From a virus, in IMG/VR virus record IMGVR_UViG_3300036817_000176, positions 21,947 through 85,946 of that record: a stretch of 64,000 nucleotides of DNA; one strand, 5' to 3'. Both the position numbers and the translations under genes were made by a program. Below, piece by piece: positions 1-9,485 of the stretch. Under the pieces are notes generated by a model. It was given only the letters and a program-made list of their open reading frames with translations. It ran no database searches and had not been told where the DNA came from. Each line of letters begins with the position of its first letter. Positions within the stretch are counted from its first letter, which is position 1.

Positions 1-461
1 AGTACCCGAACCTTTCCATCGCTGTCGATGGCGACGGCGTAGGGGCCGATACAGCGACGATTCTGGAGGAGGCCGGTCGGCAGGTGCAGCGCATCCGCTG
101 GGGCCAGCCGTGCTTCTCCCAGGAAGATAAGAAACGCTTCCTCAATAAACGCGCCTACGCGAACATCATGGCACGCGATGCCGTGCGAACCGGCCGCCTG
201 CGCCTCGACCGGCACGAGAAGACCCTCGATCAGGCCTCGCGCCTCCCGTGCAAGCTGAATGAGCAGGGGCTCTGGTGCATGATGCCGAAAGAGACAATGC
301 GCAAGGAGCTGGGCCTGCCGTCTCCTGACCGCTGGGATACGTATTGCTTCAGCTTTATGGCAGATTATGTCCCGGCAGAAATGGTCATTACCGGCGATAT
401 GGTCAAGGAGCGTGAGTCGGTGGCGGGATGGGCGCGGGATCTTGTTGCAGAGGATGTCTGA
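1..461 (+). CDS. pacB: Terminase large subunit PacB, C-terminal nuclease part (5'-truncated by window)
   Basis: Frame is open from base 3: IAVDGDGVG...VQRIRWG...SPDRWDTYCF, matching the recalled P1 PacB C-terminus; lies next to c1 as in P1. Confidence 0.9.
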   Translation, partial: YPNLSIAVDGDGVGADTATILEEAGRQVQRIRWGQPCFSQEDKKRFLNKRAYANIMARDAVRTGRLRLDRHEKTLDQASRLPCKLNEQGLWCMMPKETMRKELGLPSPDRWDTYCFSFMADYVPAEMVITGDMVKERESVAGWARDLVAEDV

Positions 462-510
462 TGCCCCGCCCGGGGAACGTTGCGGCGGGGTGCAGAGACA
501 ACACTAATTT

Positions 511-1308
511 TTACTTCTGACGCGCCTGATAGCGGGCGCGGGCCTTCAGAATCTCACTTTCCTTGTAGACCAGCCCGGCAAGCCCGGACAGGGAACAATC
601 CAGCGGTACCACACCCAGATGCTCGAGACGATCGGAACGCGGCGCCATAACGCGCGGCGTGCGGATCTCGATACTGCTGTTTGGGGCGGCGAACGCAATC
701 CCTACGCGGGGTACCCGTACCTTGTTGCTGGTTCCATCCGTAAAGGTCAGGGTGCAGATTGTTTCCGTGCTGCAGGTGTTGCGGATCCGGTAATGCGTTT
801 CGTTGTCACCGGCCAGCAGTTCACGCTCACGCTCGAGCTGACGCAGCAGCGTGCTGTCGTGGCTCACATCCGCGCCCTGGCGCGCATGACGGATAGCGCG
901 GTCATAGCGGCCCAGAATGCTCGCTTTGGTGTACTTCTTGCTGGTGGTTGCGCTCCCGACGCCAATGGACATCGAGCGTACCCCGTGGATCACCTGTGGT
1001 ACCGGCGCCAGCACAAAGGCATTGCTGGGGAAGCGAACCGGGTCCGCAAGGGTGAGGTCCCGCGCGCGGTTCTCCCACTCCTGGGTGAGGCGCTGCAGCT
1101 CCAGAATCTGTTCACTGTCCGACAGCACCGCAACGTGACGGTGTTTGACGACAGCGGCCGGTGCCTTCAGAGACTCCGGGTCAGTCCGCTCTTCCAGCGG
1201 AATGTTCTCTTCTTTAGTTTCGTAATGGACCGAAAAGCTCTCGATGATCTTTATAGCGGTATTCCGAACGTTCAAAAACTTTTCGTACCGAGCGATGTCG
1301 ATGGCCAT
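511..1308 (-). CDS. c1: P1 C1-like primary repressor
   Basis: 265 aa, convergent with pacB; LAPVPQVIHGVRSM resembles the recalled P1 C1 segment LYPVPNILRGVRKV. Confidence 0.8.
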   Translation of the reverse strand: MAIDIARYEKFLNVRNTAIKIIESFSVHYETKEENIPLEERTDPESLKAPAAVVKHRHVAVLSDSEQILELQRLTQEWENRARDLTLADPVRFPSNAFVLAPVPQVIHGVRSMSIGVGSATTSKKYTKASILGRYDRAIRHARQGADVSHDSTLLRQLERERELLAGDNETHYRIRNTCSTETICTLTFTDGTSNKVRVPRVGIAFAAPNSSIEIRTPRVMAPRSDRLEHLGVVPLDCSLSGLAGLVYKESEILKARARYQARQK

Positions 1309-1474
1309 GGTTTTACCTTTGCCTAATGTAACCTCTGAAAAATGCGAGCCTGGAAGGGCTTTGCCGCTTCATTACTCCGGGTCATATTAGCTCACAAAAG
1401 TACCGTTTGAAAGAGCTTAGGAAGTGAATCCAGACATTGCGCCAGTACCAAATGGTAACTGGCTGCAACTTGTT

Positions 1475-1795
1475 TCAGCGGCGTTTAACATCTCTGTTAG
1501 CCGCAAAGAGGACCAGGAATAGCCAGAGCAGCGCGCCAGCTATGGTGAAGTGTAGTTGAGTATTGAAAGCATGGAGGGCGAAAATGCAAAGAGTGATGCC
1601 GCATATTCGTACAGCTAAGCGATAAGGCGTCTCCGTTAGGAAGTCGAGTGGGACGCAAATTAGGAGAAGTCCGAGCGCGGCCTGAAGTGCAATATCAACG
1701 GGAACACGGCTTAACATGCCACCGGCCAGGAATCCACTGGCGGTCGTGCGGGCCAGTTCGGTCAGTTGTGTTCCGGGGTGCTTAATGTCTGTCAC
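1475..1795 (-). CDS. Small membrane protein (immC region)
   Basis: 106 aa with about 3 hydrophobic segments; overlaps the upstream ORF. Confidence 0.5.
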   Translation of the reverse strand: MTDIKHPGTQLTELARTTASGFLAGGMLSRVPVDIALQAALGLLLICVPLDFLTETPYRLAVRICGITLCIFALHAFNTQLHFTIAGALLWLFLVLFAANRDVKRR

Positions 1796-2072
1796 TGTGA
1801 CGCTCCTTCATGGCGGCCACGAACAGGCGACGGATTCTGGCTATTTCGCTCTGGTGGCTGTCGGGGATCGCAAACTGATAGATGATCCACGCGGACAAGA
1901 TATCTGAACCTCCACATACGGCTTCCACGTCGGCGATATTCGCCGGGAGCTGAAGAGAGGCACGTTTGCGTCCGGTGGCGCGGCTGTAAACAAAATCAAT
2001 ATTGTTTACCACTTCTCTTACTTCCATTCCTTCGACCTCAACATGTTTCACCCGTGCTGGCGGGTGGGCCAT
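1782..2072 (-). CDS. Hypothetical protein (position of P1 coi/imc genes)
   Basis: 96-aa ORF between c1 and the lox site. Confidence 0.5.
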   Translation of the reverse strand: MAHPPARVKHVEVEGMEVREVVNNIDFVYSRATGRKRASLQLPANIADVEAVCGGSDILSAWIIYQFAIPDSHQSEIARIRRLFVAAMKERHSDRH

Positions 2073-2290
2073 CTGTATTCTGTCACATAAGTGGGGGCGT
2101 GCGGGGTTTTCCCGGTGCGATGGCCGCGGCCGCCAATACTGACAGATATCATGAATCTTTGCAGGGGTAACTACATCAGGTCCGCTTTAAAACTGGACCC
2201 GGCTCACAATAAGCGGTTTACATATTTTGACATATAGTAACATTGCGATTGATCTGAGCGAAGTGTCACCCTCATAAAAAGACGTAATTT

Positions 2291-2324
2291 TCAATTCGGA
2301 CTAATGGCAGTTATTCCGAATTGA
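2291..2324. other. lox-like recombination site, 13-8-13
   Basis: TCAATTCGGACTA-ATGGCAGT-TATTCCGAATTGA; arms are inverted with 1 mismatch; 61 bp upstream of cre. Confidence 0.9.
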
Positions 2325-2385
2325 CCCCATAATACAACAGCGCAACCGACGCGCCTAATAATTACAAAAATGTGGAAATTCCTTT

Positions 2386-3507
2386 ATGACGCAGCTCATC
2401 AATCCCGACGGCGGGAAATTGTTTCCGCCTGAAATCATAAGCAGCATAGATAGTTTGGATCTCGATGCCTTTTCGCCGGGCGACCTCGGGGACCTCATTC
2501 GCCGCGCGCGGCTGCATGGCCATCGTATCGAAAAGCACCCGCGTATCCAGGACGCCATCAAGCAGAACCTCGAGGCGTTTCAGTTCCGTGCCGGTCGTTA
2601 CTCCGAGCGCACGCTCGAAGCACTCACCGGTGCCTGGCAGCGCTACGTCACCTGGTGCAGCCAATATGATGACCGTTCGCCATTACCAGCTGATGTGGCC
2701 GACGTGGAAGCCTACCTGACCGAGCGTGCCGGTTCGGTGCATCGCAACACCCTGGCGATCGACCGCTGGGCCATCGGCCGGGTCAGCCGCGCCGCCGGTT
2801 GCCCGGATCCCACGACGGATGAGCGCCTGAAGGACACCTTCGCCTCCCTGGTGCGGGCTAAGGTCCAGGCGGAAGAAACTACCGAGCAGGCCTCGGCCTT
2901 GCGCGAGCTCCACCTCGATCAGCTGGTGGAGCTGTGGCGTGAATCGCCGCTGCTGGTCTGCAGGCGTGACCTGGCCCTGCTGGTGGTGGCGTATGAAACC
3001 CTGCTGCGCGCGTCGGAGGTGGCGAGGATCCGCTGTAGCCATATCCGCACCGGCAGCGACGGTACCGCCATTCTGACCATCCCTATCACCAAGACTAATC
3101 ACTCCGGCGAACCGGACAAGGCGCCGCTGTCCCGGCAGGCCATGCGTCTGGTGCTGGACTATCTGGCCATGTGCAACCGCAAGCTGGAGGGGGATCATTA
3201 CCTGTTTGGCAAGGCGACGAAGCACAACAAGCCCGCCTATGTCAGCGGACCGCTGTCGGTCGATACGGTGGAGAACATCTTCGCTCGGGCCTGGGAGGCG
3301 CTGGAGCTGGAGACGCTGGGGATCCCGCGCTGGTCGGGTCACTCTGCCCGGGTCGGGGCCTCGCAGGACCTGGCGGCCGGAGGATATAACACACTGGAGA
3401 TCATGCAGGCCGGGCGCTGGACCAGTGAGCGGATGGTGATCCGCTACTGTCGTGACATTCTTGCCGGTGAATCTGCAATGGCCCGTCGCCGGGCTGGAAA
3501 ACTGTAG
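2386..3507 (+). CDS. cre: Cre-family tyrosine recombinase
   Basis: Catalytic motifs YETLLRASE (R), TKT (K), HSARVG (H-x-x-R), AGRW (W), VIRY (Y); Cre-like N-domain. Confidence 0.95.
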   Translation: MTQLINPDGGKLFPPEIISSIDSLDLDAFSPGDLGDLIRRARLHGHRIEKHPRIQDAIKQNLEAFQFRAGRYSERTLEALTGAWQRYVTWCSQYDDRSPLPADVADVEAYLTERAGSVHRNTLAIDRWAIGRVSRAAGCPDPTTDERLKDTFASLVRAKVQAEETTEQASALRELHLDQLVELWRESPLLVCRRDLALLVVAYETLLRASEVARIRCSHIRTGSDGTAILTIPITKTNHSGEPDKAPLSRQAMRLVLDYLAMCNRKLEGDHYLFGKATKHNKPAYVSGPLSVDTVENIFARAWEALELETLGIPRWSGHSARVGASQDLAAGGYNTLEIMQAGRWTSERMVIRYCRDILAGESAMARRRAGKL

Positions 3508-3565
3508 GTTATCGCTTAACGGGATGGGCCTGTCTGGAGCAGGCTTACATCCCGACCGGCACCCA

Positions 3566-4567
3566 TCAGCCCATATAAATGGAAGGTATTGAACAAAATA
3601 CTTTACTATGACACTGGTAAACAGCATTCATGTTATAGCCAGCTAACTGTGAAAGTGCCTCTTCGTTATCTTCTTGAACATAAACATTTACGTTCTTATT
3701 CAGTTTTAAAAACGCCTCCATCACTTTCTCTTTATCCATGCCTGCTGGAGCTTTTGCTTCCATGAAACGAGTGACGTCTAATATGGCAAATTTTATAAAG
3801 TAATTGGCGTTTAGATTGAATGCCATCATTAGATTTCCATCGGCAGCAGCAGAATAATCAACGTAAGACCTGTCGCTTAATACCACCTTTTTATCGGGGT
3901 GAGCATCTGAAATGCCATAGATCGTAGCAGCCGTGCCGAGGCCTTTATTTTCAAAGAGCTCTCTTACCAGGTGTTCAAGTATTGTCTCGCCCCCTCCTAC
4001 ATCAATTAAAGATAGGAAGATAACTTTCATCCAGTTCAGGTATTGCTCCCGGGTAACATCAAAATCCCGGCAGATACGCTCTATCCCCCCGTCGTTCCTT
4101 TTCTCAAGCAACCGGTATTCTTCCAGCAACTGCTCCTGACTCGGATGATGATCAGCCAGCACGCCTATTGAGTTAAGGACCTTTTTAATATTGTAGGGGT
4201 TGCGGATGAAGTTAAGAAATTTCAGTCGCAGAACATCATTTAATTCTTCGAGAATATTTTCGTCATTGGCTTTAATTTTATCCAGAAGCGCAGATGTAGC
4301 AGAACCTATTTTAGATTCATATACTCCAAATGCACTTTCGAAATTCTTTCTCATCCCTTCATCAAGAAATTCAAATGTATATAAATCAATAAAGCTCAGG
4401 TTGCTTTGTATTCCAATCCCATTCACATTTTCCAGTTCAACTGTACATTTCTCACGGTCCTTTAAGACAAAAGAATATATTTTTTTGCCTTTGCCGGGAA
4501 TTGAGTTAAGTCTTTGTTCGACTTGTGATAAATAATGCTGATTCTTGGTTGCATCAATATAACTCAT
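3566..4567 (-). CDS. DUF4238-like protein, low-GC moron
   Basis: N-terminal NQHYLSQ, DLYTF and VLSD motifs; clearly AT-rich compared with flanks. Confidence 0.7.
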   Translation of the reverse strand: MSYIDATKNQHYLSQVEQRLNSIPGKGKKIYSFVLKDREKCTVELENVNGIGIQSNLSFIDLYTFEFLDEGMRKNFESAFGVYESKIGSATSALLDKIKANDENILEELNDVLRLKFLNFIRNPYNIKKVLNSIGVLADHHPSQEQLLEEYRLLEKRNDGGIERICRDFDVTREQYLNWMKVIFLSLIDVGGGETILEHLVRELFENKGLGTAATIYGISDAHPDKKVVLSDRSYVDYSAAADGNLMMAFNLNANYFIKFAILDVTRFMEAKAPAGMDKEKVMEAFLKLNKNVNVYVQEDNEEALSQLAGYNMNAVYQCHSKVFCSIPSIYMG

Positions 4568-4707
4568 ATTAATTTCTCAGTCGTTAAGTGTTACACATGC
4601 CAGTAAGGGGTAAGCGAAAATCCACTTTAGCACGGCAGGTCAGCCTGTCCCATAAACAGGCTTTCCGAACGACGATTTTTGCCAGACTGGGCGATGATTA
4701 AAGCGCG

Positions 4708-4950
4708 TCAGCGCAGCCAGGAGCCGACGATCTGCGCCTCATCGCCTGAATTGCGCGGCAGCCAGGTGAAGCCATTTTGATAAAAGTGGGTATCAATCTC
4801 CTGGCGTGACTCCGCCAGTATGGCGATGTTGGTCGTTTCGACCTTGCCACCGCGGATGTCAAAGCGGCGCGCCACGAAGTGACCCGGGAAGTCTTTGGGC
4901 TTGTCGTAGATTGTCCAGAACTCGAGCTTGTTTTTGGCTTGTTTATTCAT
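4708..4950 (-). CDS. Hypothetical phage protein
   Basis: 80 aa, ATGA-coupled; WTIYDKPKDFP...W. Confidence 0.75.
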   Translation of the reverse strand: MNKQAKNKLEFWTIYDKPKDFPGHFVARRFDIRGGKVETTNIAILAESRQEIDTHFYQNGFTWLPRNSGDEAQIVGSWLR

Positions 4951-5246
4951 TGGGGCAGCTTTCCGTCGGGGTTAGGGGCCGTCACTGTAACAATCTTACT
5001 GCGGGATTCATCCCAGCGGGCGCGGATCCCGTCCACGCCAAAGGGTCCATCGCCGAACGGCGGCAGGCAACAGTTAACCGACTTCATATCTACACGGGCT
5101 TTCAGGCTCTCCAGCGTGTCCCGCACCAGCTCAACGTCGTAGAGGCACAAACGATAATAGTTATGCTGGAAGCGCCAGCGATTGAGCTCCGCCATTTCTT
5201 TACCGGCGATCCACCACTTTAAACGTTCCTTCAGCCAGTCGATCAT
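4947..5246 (-). CDS. Hypothetical phage protein
   Basis: 99 aa, AGGAGG RBS, 4-bp overlaps on both sides. Confidence 0.75.
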   Translation of the reverse strand: MIDWLKERLKWWIAGKEMAELNRWRFQHNYYRLCLYDVELVRDTLESLKARVDMKSVNCCLPPFGDGPFGVDGIRARWDESRSKIVTVTAPNPDGKLPQ

Positions 5247-6112
5247 ACCTTACCTCCTAACACCGTCTGCAGGTGGGTGGCCAGTTCGCCGCCGAGCCGC
5301 TGCTGCAGGTCAGGAGGCAGGGTGAATCCGGCAGCGCGCTGATGGCCACCGCCCCCAAACCAGCGCGCCATGATGCTGACATCCACATCGGGGCGATGGG
5401 TACGCAGGGAGTATTTACGCGAGCCGTCCGGCATATCGTTGTAGATGGCCACCAGCTCGGATTGCGGGTGCAGTGTGGCCAGATGGTTACCCAGCTCGGA
5501 ATGTAGCACGGAGCTGTTCACCACAACCGCGCGCTTGCCAAACAGATCGACGCGGCGCGCTTTCTTCGCCAGGGACTTCAGCTGGATCTCCTGGCTGGCC
5601 AGTAGCGCCGATCCCATCGTCATTTCCCGCTCGCCAATGCCGTCGCGCAGCACCTCGGCCCAGCGTGCGAAGTCCAGCGGCAGGATGGCCACCCAGGCGT
5701 TAATCTCCTCGGAATTGGGGAGCTCCCACTTCCATAAATCCCGGTCGGCGACGTAAGCCAGCAGGTCCGGCAGCGGTTTATCCGGGTGGAAATAGGCCCA
5801 CGCCAGCTCGCAACCGGCGCGGTTCATATCGAAAAGCGCATACGGCGCCCCTGCCAGTTCTTCCCGGGTGGTTTTGTGGTGGTCGATCACCTGCAGCATG
5901 AACCGGCTGGCCAGATACTCGCACGTTTCCCGCATGTAGCTGAAATCGAGGATGAACAGCTCGATGGTGCCGGTCGGTAACGGCGGGACCGGCTCACCGT
6001 AGCGAACCGGGATATAGTTGGCGTTATCACCGTACACCAGCCAGGCGGCAAGGGCGGACGCGAAGCCGTCGGCGTCATTGTGATACAGGACGGCGGTTTT
6101 CTTCAGGGACAT
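5243..6112 (-). CDS. DHH/DHHA1 phosphoesterase (NrnB-like nanoRNase)
   Basis: YHNDADG, LDFS, IDHH, DRDLW, YSLR and GGGGHQRAAGF motifs. Confidence 0.92.
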   Translation of the reverse strand: MSLKKTAVLYHNDADGFASALAAWLVYGDNANYIPVRYGEPVPPLPTGTIELFILDFSYMRETCEYLASRFMLQVIDHHKTTREELAGAPYALFDMNRAGCELAWAYFHPDKPLPDLLAYVADRDLWKWELPNSEEINAWVAILPLDFARWAEVLRDGIGEREMTMGSALLASQEIQLKSLAKKARRVDLFGKRAVVVNSSVLHSELGNHLATLHPQSELVAIYNDMPDGSRKYSLRTHRPDVDVSIMARWFGGGGHQRAAGFTLPPDLQQRLGGELATHLQTVLGGKV

Positions 6113-6263
6113 TGGCTCTCCGGGTGTTTGAACAGGCGGCCATTAACGCATAATGACAAAAGGCCTCTTGCTCCAGATTTACAGACGGGTATGCTTCACA
6201 ATAACATCCTAAGACGCAGATCATAATCTCGTCGTGTAAATAACCCAGCCCCGAAAGGAAAAA

Positions 6264-6878
6264 ATGATGCAAGATTCAAACGAGCCAACAACCGTAGCCG
6301 AAACCGACCTGCAGCCACTGCCGGAAGCTCACCAGCCAATGGAAGAGGCAGACCCGGCGGAAGTCCTGCGCAGCGCGATGGCCAGCAACTACCTGCAGCA
6401 CTGCCTGAACAGCGCCGTGGCGGACAAGACTCACGGTGGCGCCCCACTGGCGGTGGGCGTGGCGACTGCCGTATCCGGCCTGCTGCTGGCTATCTTCCGT
6501 ATGAGCCCGGAGCACTTCGAAGAAACGCTCACTGCTGTTTCCCGCGGGATTGGTGAGATCAAGATTGATGAGACGCACCTGAGTGAGATGCTTATGGGTA
6601 CATGGGCTGTCGGCCTGTCCCGCAACGGCCAGCTTAACGCTACGCTGGGCCGCCTGAAGGATATAGCCGACTATGACCGCAATCAGTTCATTGCCCAGCA
6701 CATGGCCACCCTGGCTGCAGGTAGCCAGGCCCCGGACGCTGTGGAGCCAGAACTGGCACAACCGGCGCCGCCCGTGGAGGCAGGTAATGCGGATGAGAAA
6801 CCGGCAGAACTCCCGCGGAAAGTACGTAGCCGCGCGGCGAAGAAACGTCCGGATGGTGAGAGTAATAAGACGGCGTAA
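6264..6878 (+). CDS. Hypothetical protein
   Basis: 204 aa, AAGGA RBS, codon usage like the backbone. Confidence 0.75.
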   Translation: MMQDSNEPTTVAETDLQPLPEAHQPMEEADPAEVLRSAMASNYLQHCLNSAVADKTHGGAPLAVGVATAVSGLLLAIFRMSPEHFEETLTAVSRGIGEIKIDETHLSEMLMGTWAVGLSRNGQLNATLGRLKDIADYDRNQFIAQHMATLAAGSQAPDAVEPELAQPAPPVEAGNADEKPAELPRKVRSRAAKKRPDGESNKTA

Positions 6879-6887
6879 ACGGCCGTA

Positions 6888-6920
6888 GAAACGAAAACCC
6901 CCGGCCGAGGCCAGGGGGTC
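6888..6920 (-). terminator. Intrinsic terminator (minus strand, possibly bidirectional)
   Basis: Minus strand ACCCCCTGGCC-TC-GGCCGGGGGT followed by TTTCGTTTC. Confidence 0.6.
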
Positions 6921-7225
6921 GTAATTGAGCTGGTGTCCTGCTGAGCAGCAGGCCAACATCAAGAAGCAAGGAAATCGTAGAGGATGACGCGTGCAAATAC
7001 AATGCTTTTCGCGTGCTTCGTCCGGTTCGCGGCGCTTGCCACCAGCCATGCACGACTACGGGGCGCCCTTCTCTGTACCCGGGCGCGGGATCGATGGCTG
7101 GTGCTATTGGCTATTTACACATCCTAACCTTATTGTGTAATACTGTTTGTGACGGCCCGAAATACGATAGGTGCCGTCACCTCTGTTGTCATTTCTCGAC
7201 ATTGTTCTGCTCATTTATCTTTTTA

Positions 7226-7249
7226 AGCGCCTTCGGGCGCTCTTTTTTT
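7226..7249 (+). terminator. Intrinsic terminator
   Basis: AGCGCC-TTCG-GGCGCT-CTTTTTTT. Confidence 0.8.
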
Positions 7250-7261
7250 AAGGGGCTAACC

Positions 7262-7927
7262 TTGAGTCAATCAACACCTGCGCCCATTAACGTCCTGGCT
7301 GTCTCGCTGGCCACCCGGCAAGCTCCTGTCATGCTCACCGGCACGCTCACCACCAACGCCCTTCACGTTATCAGCCTGACGCCGCTCCCCCGCTCTATTG
7401 CACAAATTCGTGAGCGCATGGAGGCCATGGCGGCGCGCACCGAGTCGGGTGCATTCGATGCCACGATCATGATAGAGGACCCGACCGGGCTGATGACCGG
7501 CATGGGTTACCGCGTGCGCCTCGATGACAAGACGGCAGACGATCGGCCGGTGCTCGCGCTGGCCATGGAGCGTTACCGCGCGCTGACGGCGATGGGCGGC
7601 CTGTATTACCCGGGCGACAACCCGAGCCAGTACCAGATCAGCGATGCCATCATGAATATCAAGATGGGCGACAACGGTAAGGCGGTCTATGAAATCGACT
7701 GGGCCCAGCTGAAGGATGCCTCCCGCGTCCTGTTGCTGCTGATTTACGGCGCAATGTGCCAGGGTCCGATGCACGCCACCTATCTGGAGCGCCTGTTTTC
7801 CGGGCTCTCTCACGACGGTGACGATTCGGTTCGCCTGACCTCGTTTCGCGCCCTGACGGTCGATTATGACCGTGAGCAGGCGCTGTCCACGCCGCAGGTG
7901 GCCGGACTACGGGAGGGCTGGTTATGA
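7262..7927 (+). CDS. Hypothetical protein, first gene of the baseplate operon (TTG start)
   Basis: AAGGGG RBS before TTG at 7262; ATGA overlap with the next gene; the longer 7013 start crosses a terminator. Confidence 0.7.
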   Translation: MSQSTPAPINVLAVSLATRQAPVMLTGTLTTNALHVISLTPLPRSIAQIRERMEAMAARTESGAFDATIMIEDPTGLMTGMGYRVRLDDKTADDRPVLALAMERYRALTAMGGLYYPGDNPSQYQISDAIMNIKMGDNGKAVYEIDWAQLKDASRVLLLLIYGAMCQGPMHATYLERLFSGLSHDGDDSVRLTSFRALTVDYDREQALSTPQVAGLREGWL

Positions 7928-8247
7928 CCGAACTCTCCCGTCTTTCCTCGCTCAACATCGATGACGACATCCTGCGCTCCTACCTCTTCGCTTCCCTGCG
8001 CGCCTACGTGGCCGATGAATCCAACGCCGACGTGCTGGAGTACGAGATACGCCTGGATGAGGAGTACCGGCGCGACCTGTCCGCTTACCGGGTGTATGGC
8101 AACGCCGATCTGCGCTGGGTCTTCTCTGTCGTGGCCGACGTGGAGGATGAGGCCGACCCTATGCCGGTGGGCACCGTGCTGCGCCTGCCGACGGCGGCCT
8201 GGTTACGTGAGGAGATCCGCCACTTTGCTGAAGGTGGAGGTCTGTAA
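7924..8247 (+). CDS. Baseplate protein, P1 gp26-like (LysM/gp53-like)
   Basis: EEYRRDLSAYRVYGNADLRWV...GTVLRLP; synteny. Confidence 0.8.
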   Translation: MTELSRLSSLNIDDDILRSYLFASLRAYVADESNADVLEYEIRLDEEYRRDLSAYRVYGNADLRWVFSVVADVEDEADPMPVGTVLRLPTAAWLREEIRHFAEGGGL

Positions 8248-9485
8248 TGCCGGTAGCCTTTGAGCAGGACAGGAGCGGCCGCTATCTCACTGAGGGGCTG
8301 GGACACCGTGACTTCATGCGCGTGTTCCGGGCTATCTACCAGGAGAACAACACGAAGCGCCGCCGGGCGCAGCGCACGCTTACCCCGGGGATCCTGAGCC
8401 GTGGCCAGCGTAACAGCGTGCAGGACCTGGTGCGGCTCGGGCGCAAGAAAGACGGTACCGAGTTTACCCAGGAGGATCTGGCGCGTTTCGCCAGGATGCG
8501 CAAGAGCTTCAAAAAGCGGGCTGGTGGCCATACCGGCGTAACGTATCTTGAGGTGGCCGCCCGATCGGCAAAAACCCGCATTGACCGCGCCAGTAACCGT
8601 TCAAATGACCGGCGCGGGATCAGTAAGGCGGCGCTGGTGGCCCTGCGTGTCAACGTCGCAACCATCCGCGTTAAGGCCTCCGCCGCGTCGGTTCACCAGG
8701 AGCACCGCGTCAGGCTGCGTCTCGAGGAGTGGGACGACTGCATGGCCGAGGCCGAGGGCACGCCGCGTAGCTACGAGCTGGCCGCCAAACGGGCGTGCGC
8801 GGGCCGGATGTCGATCGCCTGTGATTGTGGCGATCACCAGTACCGCTACCGCTACATGGCCACGCTGGGCAACTACTGTCTGGCGCCACCCAAAGAGCTC
8901 GCTTTCCCGAAGGTCACCAACCCCGAACTGACCGGTCTGGCGTGTAAGCACGTCATTAAGGCCATGACCATGATGCAGTCCCCGGTCTGGCAAAAGTCAC
9001 TCGGGCGCCAGATGGCCGACCAGGCACGCCGCAGCGGCTACGGTGACGACAAGCGCACCGAGAAGGTATTCACCGGCGAGGAAGAAAAGGCCCTCGCCCG
9101 CAACAAAACCACCAGCGTCGATAGCGACAAGATTAAGGCCGCCTGGGAGGACTATCAGGCCCGTCAGGAGGCCGCCCGCGGCAAGCTCAAGTCCAGCCGC
9201 GCCAAAATCGAAGAGCTGCGCACGCAGGCCACTAAGGCCCGTCGCGTGATCACCAAAGCCCGCACCGGCGCCCGCAAAGCCCGGGAAGAGGCCCGCAAGC
9301 TAACCGCAGAGAATGACGCCCTGAAGAAACAGGCCGCCCAGCTGCTGCGCGACCGGCTGAAGATCCAGTTTGAGGCCTTCTCGGATGCGTTCACCCTGGC
9401 TGGCCTGCCGAAAGGTAAGGCGCTTGAGGCCTTTGCCAAGCAACAGAAGATGCCGCTCGACAAGCTCAAGGAGGCACTGAAATGA
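8247..9485 (+). CDS. P1 gp25-like tail protein with SWIM-type Zn finger
   Basis: CDCGDHQY...CKH; 412 aa; synteny. Confidence 0.75.
   Translation: MPVAFEQDRSGRYLTEGLGHRDFMRVFRAIYQENNTKRRRAQRTLTPGILSRGQRNSVQDLVRLGRKKDGTEFTQEDLARFARMRKSFKKRAGGHTGVTYLEVAARSAKTRIDRASNRSNDRRGISKAALVALRVNVATIRVKASAASVHQEHRVRLRLEEWDDCMAEAEGTPRSYELAAKRACAGRMSIACDCGDHQYRYRYMATLGNYCLAPPKELAFPKVTNPELTGLACKHVIKAMTMMQSPVWQKSLGRQMADQARRSGYGDDKRTEKVFTGEEEKALARNKTTSVDSDKIKAAWEDYQARQEAARGKLKSSRAKIEELRTQATKARRVITKARTGARKAREEARKLTAENDALKKQAAQLLRDRLKIQFEAFSDAFTLAGLPKGKALEAFAKQQKMPLDKLKEALK

Noticed and set aside
7013-7261. N-terminal extension of the 304-aa ORF
   Set aside because: It crosses a promoter-like region and a terminator; an RBS precedes TTG 7262
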